From Balanoglossus misakiensis (lineage: Eukaryota > Animalia > Hemichordata): 64,000 bases of DNA. The notes below the pieces were generated by a model. That model was given only the letters and a program-made list of their open reading frames with translations, had not been told where the DNA came from and searched no databases. Below, piece after piece: positions 11,816 to 25,048 of the stretch (its first letter is position 1; each line of letters opens with the position of its first letter). Both the position numbers and the translations under genes were made by a program. The DNA is taken from positions 7,616,047 through 7,680,046 of the forward strand of contig CM082591.2 of the NCBI GenBank assembly GCA_040954595.2, given 5' to 3'.

Positions 11816-12368
11816 CGATGGATAGGATAGAACGAGGAGAAGTTACAGAGATAGAGACAGAAAATAGAAAATGAGTTATGCGAAGTGAAGGCGACGTACA
11901 GGTTGAAATCTGAACTTGCACTTTGTTCCATTCTTCACTGTAAATGATTCAATATACCGCTGATCAAATGTTTTCTAAGCATGAATAGTCTCCTGTTTAT
12001 TGTACGAATGTGCACGTTGGATAGATGCATTATATTTGGTAAAGCTAAGAAACAAGGATTTTGTGAAACGTATCCAGGAAAGGCGTGACTGGGGGAAGGA
12101 CCCTCATTCTAATTACATTCCTTCCTGTTAACCAGGCGGGGTTTTCACCCTATGCCATGTAGGTTAATAAGAGCTGAATCCCATCCCAGAATTTGATACT
12201 GGATAAAGATCAACCCTAGTGAAATGTTCTGTCCCGTTGTAGGTATACACCCCTGACATTCCAGAATGGGAGAAGGTGATACACCTGGACCCGAATGCCG
12301 CCTATCTTGAACACCTGTCAAGGGAAGTTAAATATGTTGCTTAGAACGGTTCTGCAGCGCCCTCATCG

Positions 12369-14419
12369 GTGATACCCCATCCGAAACACGTATTAGATAA
12401 CGGACTGCGAGTATCGGTTAAACAGCTAAGATTTCGAGACCCAGATTATTTTCTAGCCGGAGGGGTTCATACACAGAAAGAAAAATGGTTTGGTATACTT
12501 AAAGATCAAGATAACGAGAGACAAGTGGGGAGGTGGATAGAGAATGGCGTATCAGTTTTTGACTTCATCAAACCCTTTAGTGGCGAAATATGTGGTGTTG
12601 AATATGATTGTAGCTTTCCTCCAAGTAAATACCTCCCTAACAATCTGAATTGTCGTGGATATAAGGATTTTATTTCATCTACGATACTGGATAGAAACAA
12701 ATCCGGGGCCCTGGAAATTTGGGGCAGAGTTGGCAAGGTACCACCACCCTATATTGTAATGCCGCTAACGATCGAACCGACAAAACCCCGACTCTGTCAC
12801 GATCAGAAATATTTAAATAATTGGATCAAAGACATGCCTTTCAAATTGGAACTGGTCACTTATCTGCCTAGGTATATGGGGAAAAATCACTACCAGACAA
12901 AAATACATGACAAGAGTGGTTATGACCATGTTTTCCAAGTAGAGCCCTAATGGGGATACAGTGGGGTGGATTTTGGTACGTACCAACGACCCTCCCATTC
13001 GGCTGGAAATGTTCGCCATACATATACCAAACAATAGGCTTACCTGCAATGAATGAAGTTCGGAGATGTGGTGTACCGTCTAATCTTGATATCGATGATA
13101 GACATGCAGGGCAACTGGTAATGAATCACGGTATGAGTGACTTCGAGAAAGCAGAGGCTGCCTGTTTCATAATGTGTTATGTTATGATAGAGTTGGGCTA
13201 CACACTTGGGCTAAGTAAATGTATTCTCCAACCAACGCAAATTTTAGAGTATCTAGGTTTTGGTGTGGACACTCAGAGGATGGTTTTTACGATACCAGAA
13301 CCAAAAAAGCACAAGTTTGGAAAGCTTAGAGAATCTCTACTTAAAAGAAAGAGTGTCAGTGTTACCACCCTTCAACGTTTTCTGGGAAAATGTGTTTCAT
13401 TCACCTTGGCGGTACCAGTAGCAAGATTATTTGTGAGAAGGGTTGCCAAAGCCATAGCTACAGCACATAGCAGTAGCTCACAGATACCACTAACCGGGGC
13501 CCTACGTAAAGAGATAGCAGATTGGAGGAGAATTGATACCGGCAAGGATTGGGCGCGATGGAGAACGGAGAAACACGTAGAAATCTCGCTAGTAAGTGAT
13601 GCCTCACTGGGAGGATGGGGCGGTATTGTACGTACATCGGGAAGGGAAACAGTTGGCGACTATTGGCCCCATGGGTTGAGAAAAAAATCTATCGCATATA
13701 AGGTAGTCATAGCACTTAAAAATGTTCTTAGTGCCCATAGAGATATAGTTAGTAACACTAGGGTTAAGGCACAGGTGGATAATAAAGTTGCAGTGCACGG
13801 CTGGAAGAATATGGGCACACGAAATATGGAGGTTAATGATGCATTGTACCAACTGTACGAGATGGTGGATGACCTAAACATCATACTTGACATTGACTAT
13901 ATTGCATCGGCTGACAACCCTGCTGACGGTCCATCACGTAGACTGTCAGCGATGGATGCTCACCTCCTCCCGATATATTGGGATCGAGTAGAAAATGAAT
14001 TTGGTGATCATACAGTAGATTTAATGGCCCTTGACTCCAATGTACAGAAAAATAGGGACGGGCGCCCCTTAAAACATTACACACCATGGAGGACTCCCAA
14101 CTCATCAGGTGTTGATGTATTCGCACAAAGCCTACAAAGGGAAAATTGTTATGCATTCCCACCATTTAACATGATTGGCCCCATACTTAAATTTCTACAG
14201 GACGAACGAGCGTTGGTGTCCATGATCGTACCACAACTGTCGCCATGTTTATATTCGTGGCCTATAGTAGAAAATCAGGCTCTAAGGATGATCAAAATAG
14301 CACGTGCAGGAGATAAAGTCTGGGAGGTTCCCACAAAAATGGGCTATTGGGAACCAGTGCCAGCCCTGTACGATGTCTGGCTGTGCCGTATCCATTTCGG
14401 CTTGCAACAATACGGCTGA
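12369..14419 (+). pseudogene. Reverse transcriptase / RNase H / DNA adenine methyltransferase-like ORF of the PAT-like element (frameshift near 12950)
   Basis: TLPFGWKCSP; DIDD at the YxDD position; RNase H motifs SDASLGGWG, VDNK and NPADGPSR; MT-like HTVDLMA...NCYAFPPF. Confidence 0.9.
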
Positions 14420-14744
14420 ATGTGGAATACAAATAATATTTTAATGAAAGTACAGGAACGCATCTCATTAAAACGAGATATAACGAAATTATGAAGATGA
14501 AGTGGGAAATGTTACAGGGACAGGGTTTAGAATATTAAATAACCAATGTATGACGACACAGTGTGATCATTGGTGTATAATTGTAGACAAATTTGTAGAA
14601 ATAGCATGAGTTGTGACAATGTACCAAATGTTCAAAGCGGCTACCACATGCGGTCCGAAAGATAGTGTTTGTTAAATAATAAAGTTGTATTACCAATAGT
14701 ACTCATTGTCTTGTTTTCATGATAATTTGTTAACAGAGGGACAT

Positions 14745-15921
14745 GCTGATGGTAGGTACCCCACGACTATGGTTACCGGCAGAGCAATTTAGGGAATGCC
14801 ACTACCCAAATGATGTTAACTTTAACTTCTGCCAGCAATAATGTGGAACAAGACGTCTTGCTGACGTCTGTGAGGCAGAGCGCCCTCAGCCTTCACCAGT
14901 TGATATTGAAGCCCTCGATACGAGAATAGCAGAACTTCAAGGTAAACTTCAAGCGACGCCATATACACAACGAAAGTCTAAACTTCAATCCGAGTTCGTG
15001 GTATTCCTTTGAAGTATTGAACCCCCAAAGACGATTACCTCAGCTACACCGAAAGATGTGCTTAGATTCCTCGTATGGAAAGATAAGAGCGGTCGTACTG
15101 TAGTACATGATGGACCCTGCTCACGTTCAGACCCATGCCTGTGTCCGAACCGACTCGCCTTCAAAACAGTGGATTCATATATCGGCCAACTGAGATCAAT
15201 CTTTGAAAAGGAGGGTAGAAGAGGTGAATGGAATGCTAGGTTTGGTTTTGGAAACCCAGCTGCTGATAAGACAGTTAAACAATACTTAAAGATAGTGACG
15301 GAGGAACAAATGAAACAGAATGTAATACCAAAGCAGGCAATTCCTATAACAACAGAAACAGTTGAGAATATAGTTAAGTATATCAACTCGCAACTAGAAA
15401 GGTTTCCAGATATCGACCCATGCCATGCATATATATTGGCAAGAGACAGGGCTTTGTTTCTTACATTGCTATTCACAGGGAGCAGAGCAGGAGATTTGCT
15501 AATTGTTAACACAGATAACATAATAAATCTTCCTAATAGCGGGCTCCTTATCAATCATGTATGGGGTAAAACTCTACGAGATGGTAAAACGAGACCTTGT
15601 GCGATATTTACGAATGAAAATACTTTAATATGCCCTGTTACAGCACTGACTGAGTATGTTGAAATGACACAATCACTTTAGTATCAGTCTCAACCCAGGT
15701 TTTCTCTTTCGTTCAACTACTAGAGATGAGAAAATAGAAAATATTTCTTTGTCAACCAATGCCGCCAATTCTAGGTTGAGATTTTACTGTGGAAAGATAG
15801 GAATGTACCAGGGGGAGACTGTACACAGTTTCCGTAGTGCCTGTGTCATCGCGTTGGCCATGTTAGGATCATCAGTACCAGAGATAATGCAACATGTAGG
15901 GTGGTCGCAGGAGTCCACTGC
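14745..15921 (+). pseudogene. Tyrosine recombinase of the PAT-like element, 5' part (stops/frameshift; cut by an insertion)
   Basis: N-terminal Cys motif CHYPND..FCQ, then GSRAGDL, WGKTLR, HSFR and HVGW. Confidence 0.9.
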
Positions 15922-16007
15922 TATGGGGTGAGAACACCGCCAAAAATAGCTTATGTCTTTATTTGGTAGTTTTCTCATCATTATTATGTTATTATGTCAT
16001 TATTTGG

Positions 16008-16608
16008 CCATTACCTTGGCCATTATTTGGTTCGCTCGACATTACCTCGACATTACCTCGGTCATTATTTGGTTCGCTCGACATTACCTCAACATTACCT
16101 CGGTCATTATTTGGTTCGCTCGACATTACCTCGACCATTACCTCGGCCATTATTTGGTTCGCTCGACATTACCTCGACCATTACCTCGGCCATTATTTGG
16201 TTCGCTCGACATTACCTCGACCATTACCTCGGCCATTATTTGGTTCGCTCGACATTACCTCGACCATTACCTCGGCCATTATTTGGTTCGCTCGACATTA
16301 CCTCGGTCATTATTTGGTTCGCTCGACATTACCTCGGTCATTATTTGGTTCGCTCGACATTACCTCGACCATTACCTCGGCCATTATTTGGTTCGCTCGA
16401 CATTACCTCGACATTACCTCGGTCATTATTTGGTTCGCTCGACATTACCTCGACCATTACCTCGGCCATTATTTGGTTCGCTCGACATTACCTCGACATT
16501 ACCTCGGTCATTATTTGGTTCGCTCGACATTACCTCGACCATTACCTCGGCCATTATTTGGTTCGCTCGACATTACCTCGACCATTATTTGGTTCGCTCG
16601 ACATTATC
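16008..16608 (+). repeat. Modular minisatellite in the left TIR (19-bp CATTATTTGGTTCGCTCGA plus 11/12-bp CATTACCTCG(N)N modules)
   Basis: Directly visible, with 31-, 42- and 43-bp composite periods. Confidence 0.95.
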
Positions 16609-16918
16609 TGACCTGCTTTATTATTTGAACTCTTGCTCGGTACCCAGAATTCATTGCACAAAATGGCGACGGTATGAAAGTTTCGCAGGCCGTGGCCGAC
16701 GACAGTCTTGTAAACAGCACGCGTGGGTAAACAGTCAGGCCTCGAACTTAACGCCGGCCCACCGGCCCCGGGCCGGTAAATATTTATAGTGGGCCGGTTA
16801 TTTTCACATCTTGTCGGCCCAATTGGGCCGGTGAATATACACAAATAAATCAGTAAAACATACTGCAGAATCAATATTCTATTGTAAAAGTTATTTAGAA
16901 AGAAAGATTTCAAGAAAA

Positions 16919-19900
16919 ATTAAAGCTGCAAGCAGCATTGAAGGGGCCCAAGCATAGAGTTAATAACCATTAGAATCCATTCAGGGTTGTACCATTCAAA
17001 TGGCATTGCGTAGGCTGTATTTGCTCTCGATGTTGAGATATGGGGAAGTAGGCAACCACCTGAAATGCATGTCCTACAAGTACAAACACAACAACCAAAG
17101 GTGAACTTCTCCGTTGTAAGTACTTCAGTAAGTACTTCAAAGGTCAGGTGAGGGTACCCAAAAATTAGGATTCTTATATGGTTCATATTCAAGACAACGG
17201 AAAATCCTCGCCCTTTGGGTTGGTCAAATTATATATGGCCATAATAATGAGTTTCGCAAGTAAGTTACAGGTGGCCCCAGGAATTTAGCATTTCATGACG
17301 CAGAGGGTCCTACCCTACCCCTCCAAACACCTGGCTATATATGATGTGCATGCTAACATATGGAAAGCAGGTCAATGGACACCTGAGGTCACCCAAATAT
17401 TTGACAAATATTTTTTATTCCTGTTTATGTCATGTGCAACAAATCCTACATTTGCAGCCCTTTCACTTTGCCTACCATTAGGTATGCACATAATACATGA
17501 ATCAAGCAAATGTCACAGGTATCCCCCTGTATTTGGCATTTCATGATAGTTTCATCCCTCCAAATACCAAAGCTGCACCTGTACAACGTGCTGAGATATG
17601 GCACTGTACGACAGAGGTCATCCAAATCACCTTATACATTTGGGCAAAAACCAACTGACACTTACATTCGTCCCTGTGGAACAAAAACCACACATATCGC
17701 CCTGTTGGTTAGTGTCCAATTAAATGTACAAAATCAATGACTTAGGCAGGTGCAACAGGTGACCCCGCCTTTGGTATATCATTATGGTCCCATCCGTATA
17801 TCCCCCCCCCCTCCCACCACGCCAAAGCTGCATGCATCTGCTGTTATTCACTAAGCAAAAGTAGGTGAAATGTCACATAAGGTCGCCCACAACTTGACAG
17901 GAAAACGGACTTCATATTGATCCATGTGCAACAAATACCACGCTAGCATCCCTTTCATTGACCCCACAATTACGCATGCACATAATAGAGTTACGCAGGT
18001 ACGGTGTCACAGGTGACCCCCGAATCGGGCGTATTATTTTGGTCCCATACAGCTGCATGAAGCTGCGTGCCATTACGGGCGACCTGATAACCCCCACGGC
18101 GACCTGCGGGCCGACCCCCATACTGAACATCCAGTTGCAACGTCACGACTGAAGTAGGAACTTTTGAACGGCAACGAAGCCTGATCTCTGATTATTGCTG
18201 GTACCATACTCCCTTCGTGCAAGAAAATCACTGGTCTGCTTACGTATTTCAGCCAATTCCCCGAACTACTATCCACTACATGTGACTACCATGCTAATGA
18301 TGAAACCTCCCACAACATTAGCGACTGAGGGTCAAAGTCCGCTGCCGCATTACATTGAATGTTAACCAGTGTAGCCGGGTCTGCGTAGACACATTTGAAC
18401 GGCAACAGCTAACAAACTCAGCGTAATTCAATAAAACGCCCTAACACAGCCTGAACTCCGATAATGTGTTGTCCCAAAATTCATTCCGTGGAAAATAATC
18501 ACTGGTCTGTTTACGTATTTCAGCCGATTTTCCAAGGACTACTGCAACCCGCCTGCTAATGAGATCTCCACAACATTACGTAATGACGTTCAAAGTCCGA
18601 TGCCTCAGTGTTCGTCCTCAGCCCACCAAAAAATGCGGAAAATATTACAAAAATCTTCTTCTCAAAATCAACGTGGCCTAGGACCTTGAAATTTGGCACA
18701 GGGGATTTTGGCCACATGGTCTACAAAAATCGCGAAAAGAATGTACATGCCCCCATTAACGTGCAAATTAGGTCAATTTGAAAATTTCGCTCGATTATAG
18801 CCACCAAGTCACGTGACTAATTACAAATTCAAAGGGCAGGTGCACCAGTACTCATAGGCCCCAATCACCGTGCCAAATTTCAAGGTCCTAGGCCACGTCG
18901 ATTTTGAGAAAAACGGGAGCAAAAAAACGACTCAAGAAGAAAGAAGAAATATAGCTGCAAGCAGCGATGACGGGCACAAGCTTAAGCCGAAGGTCAAAGG
19001 TCATATGTGGTCACCCAAAATTTGGGCAAAAAGTTTTGACCCCCATACTAGTCCAGGTCCAACAGAAACCTGACCTCTAGCCCTATTGGTTTGTCTGAAA
19101 TTAGATATGCACATAATTAATGATGTAAAGTGTAAGACTCCATTAATAGTTCGATCCATCCAAACACAAATGCTGTACCTGTTCTGGATGCCAAGATATA
19201 GCAAAGTAGGTCAAAGGTCACCTGAGGTCACCCAAAATGTGGGCATAATTTTTGACCCCATACTGATCCATGTCCCACAAGAACAAAACCTCTAGCCCTA
19301 TTGGTTAGCCTGGAATTAGGTATGCACATAATTAATGAGATATGCAGGTGTCACTGGTGACCCCAATTTTGTCTTTTCAATTTTAGTCACAACCCTCCAA
19401 ACGCCAAGTCTGTACCTGCTGTGGATGCCGAGATATAGGAAAGTAGGTCAAAGGTCACCTGAGGTCACCCAAAATTTGGGCAATTTTTTTTTACCCTATA
19501 CTGGTCCATGTCCCACAAGCACAAAACCTCTAGCCCTATTAGTTAGCCCAGAATTAGGTATGCACATAATTAATGAGTTAAGCAGGTGTTACAGGTGAGC
19601 CCAAAATTTTGCCTTTTATTTTGGTCCCATTCTGCTCATGGGCCAATAGAGAGTCACAGTACAGGACCATTGCACAGATGTGGACATAGCATCATAGCTT
19701 AACTATAGAAAGTATAGGCCTATGGCTGGGTCCAAAAAATATGAAATATAACATTTAAAAATCTTCTTCTCAAAATTGACTTGGCCCAGAGCCTTGAAAT
19801 TTAGCATGTAGGACACTGACCATATGGTCCGCAAAATGATTGCACAGAATTTTGATATCGTCATTCATATGCAAATTAGGCCCATTTGAAAACTTTGCCC

Positions 19901-22900
19901 ATATATGGTCATCAGGTCATGTGACTAATTACACATTCACGAGGGTACTGCACGAGCTCTCATAGACCTGCACCATTGTGCCAAGTTTGAGATTTGTAGG
20001 TTCAGCCGTTTTCAAGATCTACCTGAGCAAAAAAACTACACAAGAAAAAAAAAAAAAAAATATAGCTGCAAGCAGCGATGACGGGCACAAGCTTAAGCCG
20101 AAGGTCAAAGGTCATATGTGGTCACCCAAAATTTGGGCAAAAAGTTTTGACCCCTATACTAGTCCAGGTGCAACAGAAACCAGACCTCTAGCCCTATTGG
20201 TTTGTCTGAAATTATATATGCGCATAATTAATGATGTAAAGTGTAAGACTCCATTAATAGTTCGATCCATCCAAACACAAATGCTGTACCTGTCCTGGAT
20301 GCCGAGATATAGGAAAGTAGGTCAAAGGTCACCTGAGGCCACCTGAAAGTTGAGCAAAAAATTTTGACCCCATACTAGTCCAGGTCCAAGAAAAACCAGA
20401 CATCTAACCCTATTGGTTCGCCTAGAATTAGATATGCACATAATTAATGAGGTAAAGTATAAGGCTCCATTAGGAGTCACAACCCTCCAAATGCCAAAGC
20501 TGTATCTGTGCTGGTTGCCGAGATATGGTAAAGTAGGTCAAAGGTCACCTGAGGTCACCCAAAATTTGGGCAAAAATTTTTGATCCCATACTGGTCCATG
20601 TTCAACAAAAATCAAACCTCTAGCCATATTGGCTAGCCTGGAATTAGGTATGCACATAATTAATGAGATATGCAGGTGTCACAGGTGACCTTCAATTTTG
20701 TCTTTTCAATTTTAGTCACAACCCTTCAAACGCCAAGTCTGTACGTGCTGTGGATGCCGAGATATAGGAAAGTAGGTCAAAGGTCACCTGAGGTCACCCA
20801 AAATTTGGGCAAAAAATTTTGATCCCATACTGGTCCATGTCCCACAAGAACAAAACCTCTAGCCCTATTAGTTAGCCTGGAATTAGGTATGCACATAATT
20901 AATGAGTTAAGCAGGTGTTACAGGTGAGCCCAAAATTTTGCCTTTTATTGTGGTCCCATTCTGCTCACGGGCCAATAGAGAGTCACTATACAGGACCATT
21001 GCACAGCCAACGTGGACATAGCGTGATAGCTTAACTATAGAAAGTATAGGCCTATGGCTGGGTCCAAAAATATGAAAAATAAAAAAATCTTCTTCTCAAA
21101 ATAGACTTGGCCCACGGCCTTGACATTTGGCATGTAGGACACTGACCACATGGTCCGCAAAAATCGCTAAAAGAATTTTGATATCTCCATTCATATGCAA
21201 ATTAGGCCCATTTGAAAATTTTGCCCATATATGGTCATCAGGTCACATGACTTATTAAACATTCACGAGGGTACTGCACCAGCCCTCATAGGCCTGCACC
21301 ACTGTGCCAAGTTTGAGATTTGTAGATTCAGCCGTTTTCAATATCCTGTTGGGCAAAAAAACGACACAAGAAAAAAAAAAAAAAGATGATAGCTGCAAGC
21401 AGCGATGACGGGCACAAGCTTAAGCCGAAGGTCAAAGGTCATATGTGGTCACCCAAAAATTGGGCAAAAAGTTTTGACTCCCATACTAGTCCAGGTCCAA
21501 CAGAAACCAGACCTCTAGCCCTATTGGTTTGTCTGAAATTAGATATGCACATAATTAATGATGTAAAGTGTAAGACTCTATCAATAGTTCGATCCATCCA
21601 AACACAAATGCTGTACCTGTTCTGGATGCCGAGTTATAGGAAAGTAGGTCAAAGGTCACCTGAGGCCATCCGAAAGTTTAGCAAAAAATTTTGACCTCAT
21701 ACCAGTCCAGGTCCAACAAAAATCAGGCCTCTAACCCTATTGGTTCGCCTAGAATTAGATATGCACATAATTAATGGGGTAAAGTATAAGGCTTCATTAG
21801 GAGTTTCATGCCTCCAAATGCCAAGGCTGTATCTGCGCTGGTTGCCGAGATATGGTAAAGTAGGTCAAAGGTCACCTGAGGTCACCCAAAATTGGGCAAG
21901 AAATTTTAACCCCATACTGGTCCATGTTCAACAAAAATCAAACCTCTAGCCCTATTGGCTAGCCTGGAATTAGGTATGCACATAATTAATGAGATAAGCA
22001 GGTGTCACAGGTGACCCCTAATTTTGTCTTTTCAATTTTAGTCACAACCCTCCAAACGCCAAGTCAGTACCTGCTGTGGATGCCAAGATATAGGAAAGTA
22101 GGTCAAAGGTCACCTGAGGTCACCCAAAATTTGGGCAAAAATTTTTGATGCCATACTGATCCATGTCCCACAAGAACAAAACCTCTAGCCTTATTAGTTA
22201 GCCTGGAATTAGGTATGCACATAATTAATGAGTTAAGCAGGTGTTACAGGTGAGCCCAAAATTTTGCCTTTTATTGTGGTCCCATTCTGCTCACGGGCCA
22301 ATAGAGAGTCACTGTACAGGACCATTGCACAGCCGACGTGGACATAGCGTCATAGCTTAACTATAGAAAGTATAGGCCCATGGCTGGGTTCAAAAATATG
22401 AAAAATAAAAAAATCTTCTTCTCAAAATAGACTTGGCCCACGGCCTTGACATTTGGCATGTAGGACACTGACCACATGGTCTGCAAAAATCGCTAAAAGA
22501 ATTTTGATATCTCCATTCATATGCAAATTAGGCCCATTTGAAAACTTTGCCCATATATGGTCATCAGGTCACATGACTAATTAAACATTCACAGGGATAC
22601 TGCACCAGCTCTCATAGACCTACACCATTGTGCCAAGTTTGAGATTTGTAGGTTCAGCCGTTTTCAAGATCTACCTGAGCAAAAAAACTACACAAGAAAA
22701 AAAAAAAAAAAAATATAGCTGCAAGCAGCGATGACGGGCACAAGCTTAAGCCGAAGGTCAAAGGTCATATGTGGTCACCCAAAAATTGGGCAAAAAGTTT
22801 TGACTCCCATACTAGTCCAGGTCCAACAGAAACCAGACCTCTAGCCCTATTGGTTTGTCTGAAATTAGATATGCGCATAATTAATGATGTAAAGTGTAAG

Positions 22901-24152
22901 ACTCTATCAATAGTTCGATCCATCCAAACACAAATGCTGTACCTGTTCTGGATGCCGAGATATAGGAAAGTAGGTCAAAGGTCACCTGAGGCCATCCGAA
23001 AGTTTAGCAAAAAATTTTGACCCCATACCAGTCCAGGTCCAACAAAAATCAGGCCTCTAACCCTATTGGTTCGCCTAGAATTAGATATGCACATAATTAA
23101 TGGGGTAAAGTATAAGGCTTCATTAGGAGTTTCATGCCTCCAAATGCCAAGGCTGTATCTGCGCTGGTTGCCGAGATATGGTAAAGTAGGTCAAAGGTCA
23201 CCTGAGGTCACCCAAAATTGGGCAAGAAATTTTAACCCCATACTGGTCCATGTTCAACAAAAATCAAACCTCTAGCCCTATTGGCTAGCCTGGAATTAGG
23301 TATGCACATAATTAATGAGATAAGCAGGTGTCACAGGTGACCCCTAATTTTGTCTTTTCAATTTTAGTCACAACCCTCCAAACGCCAAGTCAGTACCTGC
23401 TGTGGATGCCAAGATATAGGAAAGTAGGTCAAAGGTCACCTGAGGTCACCCAAAATTTGGGCAAAAATTTTTGATGCCATACTGATCCATGTCCCACAAG
23501 AACAAAACCTCTAGCCTTATTAGTTAGCCTGGAATTAGGTATGCACATAATTAATGAGTTAAGCAGGTGTTACAGGTGAGCCCAAAATTTTGCCTTTTAT
23601 TGTGGTCCCATTCTGCTCACGGGCCAATAGAGAGTCACTGTACAGGACCATTGCACAGCCGACGTGGACATAGCGTCATAGCTTAACTATAGAAAGTATA
23701 GGCCCATGGCTGGGTTCAAAAATATGAAAAATAAAAAAATCTTCTTCTCAAAATAGACTTGGCCCACGGCCTTGACATTTGGCATGTAGGACACTGACCA
23801 CATGGTCTGCAAAAATCGCTAAAAGAATTTTGATATCTCCATTCATATGCAAATTAGGCCCATTTGAAAACTTTGCCCATATATGGTCATCAGGTCACAT
23901 GACTAATTAAACATTCACAGGGATACTGCACCAGCTCTCATAGACCTACACCATTGTGCCAAGTTTGAGATTTGTAGGTTCAGCCGTTTTCAAGATCTAC
24001 CTGAGCAAAAAAACTACACAAGAAAAAAAAAAAAAAAAAAAAGATGAAAAACCCCAGTAATACCAATAGGGCACAAGCCTGCTTGGCTTGTGCCCTAAAA
24101 ACTCCAGCAATAACAGAAGGGGACCAAGCGCCGGAGGGCGCTTGGTCCCCTA
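16919..24152 (-). mobile_element. Helentron-type non-autonomous element (HINE/DINE-1-like), family A: body 16919-18947, 5' end 24098-24152, split by the family B array
   Basis: 5' hairpin GGGGACCAAGCG..CGCTTGGTCCCC, 3' subTIR GGGCCCCAAGC with GCTGCAAGCAGC palindrome, insertion into a poly-T run without TSD, second copy at about 50937-52985. Confidence 0.75.
18948..24097 (-). mobile_element. Head-to-tail array of four HINE family B units (starts about 18949, 20060, 21388, 22713) with a single 5' hairpin at about 24068-24096
   Basis: Each unit begins atagctgcaagcagcgatgacgggcacaagc and contains ~220-240-bp internal repeats (ggtcaaaggtca). Hairpin AGGGCACAAGCC..GGCTTGTGCCCT. Confidence 0.8.
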
Positions 24153-24878
24153 AAAACAAAGTTTTGTGTCTTTATATGCCGTTTTTTCTTATTTTATCGA
24201 AGATATAATCGGCCGTCAACGCGCTGGCTGGGTTACGCGATTAAAGTTCATTGATTGATATGTAAATTAGGAGAAGCCAACGTACGCGCGCGTTGGTGAA
24301 CCCGACCTGACCCCTTCCACCCCATGCCCAGGCCATGCGCTCACTGCGTAAGCGTGTCTAAATATAGCTCGGATATATTTGCATAAATTACTGCTTTGTT
24401 CTTCTGAAGTTTGCCTGATAGAATAAAAATGAGTCTTAAAGTTTGGGTTTACTAAAACTTAGAAGGAAGTTTGTACTTAGTGTGCCATCAAAGTGGGAAA
24501 GGAAAGGAAAGACAAGGACACTGCTGCCAGGAGTCTAATACATCCAAGATGGACCAGAGAGCAGTGAATAATTCATGTATTTTTCCAGAACACCTATAGT
24601 CAGCACATGACATTACATACTTGAAAAGGGAAAATTTTTAAATCAAAACATTTCAGCTGATCCTGCTGATATTTTTTTTCAAAATGCATTTCTCATACCT
24701 TGCACTGGTGCGATTTGATATAATACACAATAAATTCCATCACCAATATAGCAGTAAAACACGGGATACAAAATCTGAGATGTCTTAGGATGTTTTTGAA
24801 CTAATCCGTAACCATTTTCTAAGAATGATAGATCTGAAACTGAAATTCTGAATTTGGTCATCCTGGGGAAAATACAGA

Positions 24879-25048
24879 ATATATTTGTGGTGGGCCATTT
24901 ATGTGTGTGGGGCCAAATTTTAATACTAAATTTAAACGGAGTGTCTATTGACACGTGCGTGTCAATAGACACTCCGTTTAAATTTCGGCCTTTAAATTTA
25001 GTATTAAAATTTGGCCCCACACACATAAATGGCCCACCACAAATATAT
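24879..25048. repeat. Nested palindrome in the core of the foldback element
   Basis: Outer arms of about 58 bp (atatttgtggtggg...tttaaa) around an inner hairpin cggagtgtctattgacac-gtgc-gtgtcaatagacactccg. Confidence 0.92.

Noticed and set aside
12369-15921. Prokaryotic retron/DGR or phage integrase-methylase system
   Set aside because: RT-RNaseH-MT plus YR plus gag knuckle plus split direct repeats is the standard layout of a eukaryotic DIRS-order retrotransposon.
15953-16789. Three overlapping long ORFs (and their mirrors at 25358-26623) with repeating peptides
   Set aside because: Artefact of a minisatellite strand that lacks stop codons. Unit lengths of 31 and 43 bp are not multiples of 3, so the same peptides cycle through all frames.
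18870-23275. Recurrent short ORFs (MWSPK.WAKSFD...)
   Set aside because: They derive from non-coding HINE repeat units, with stops at differing positions between units.
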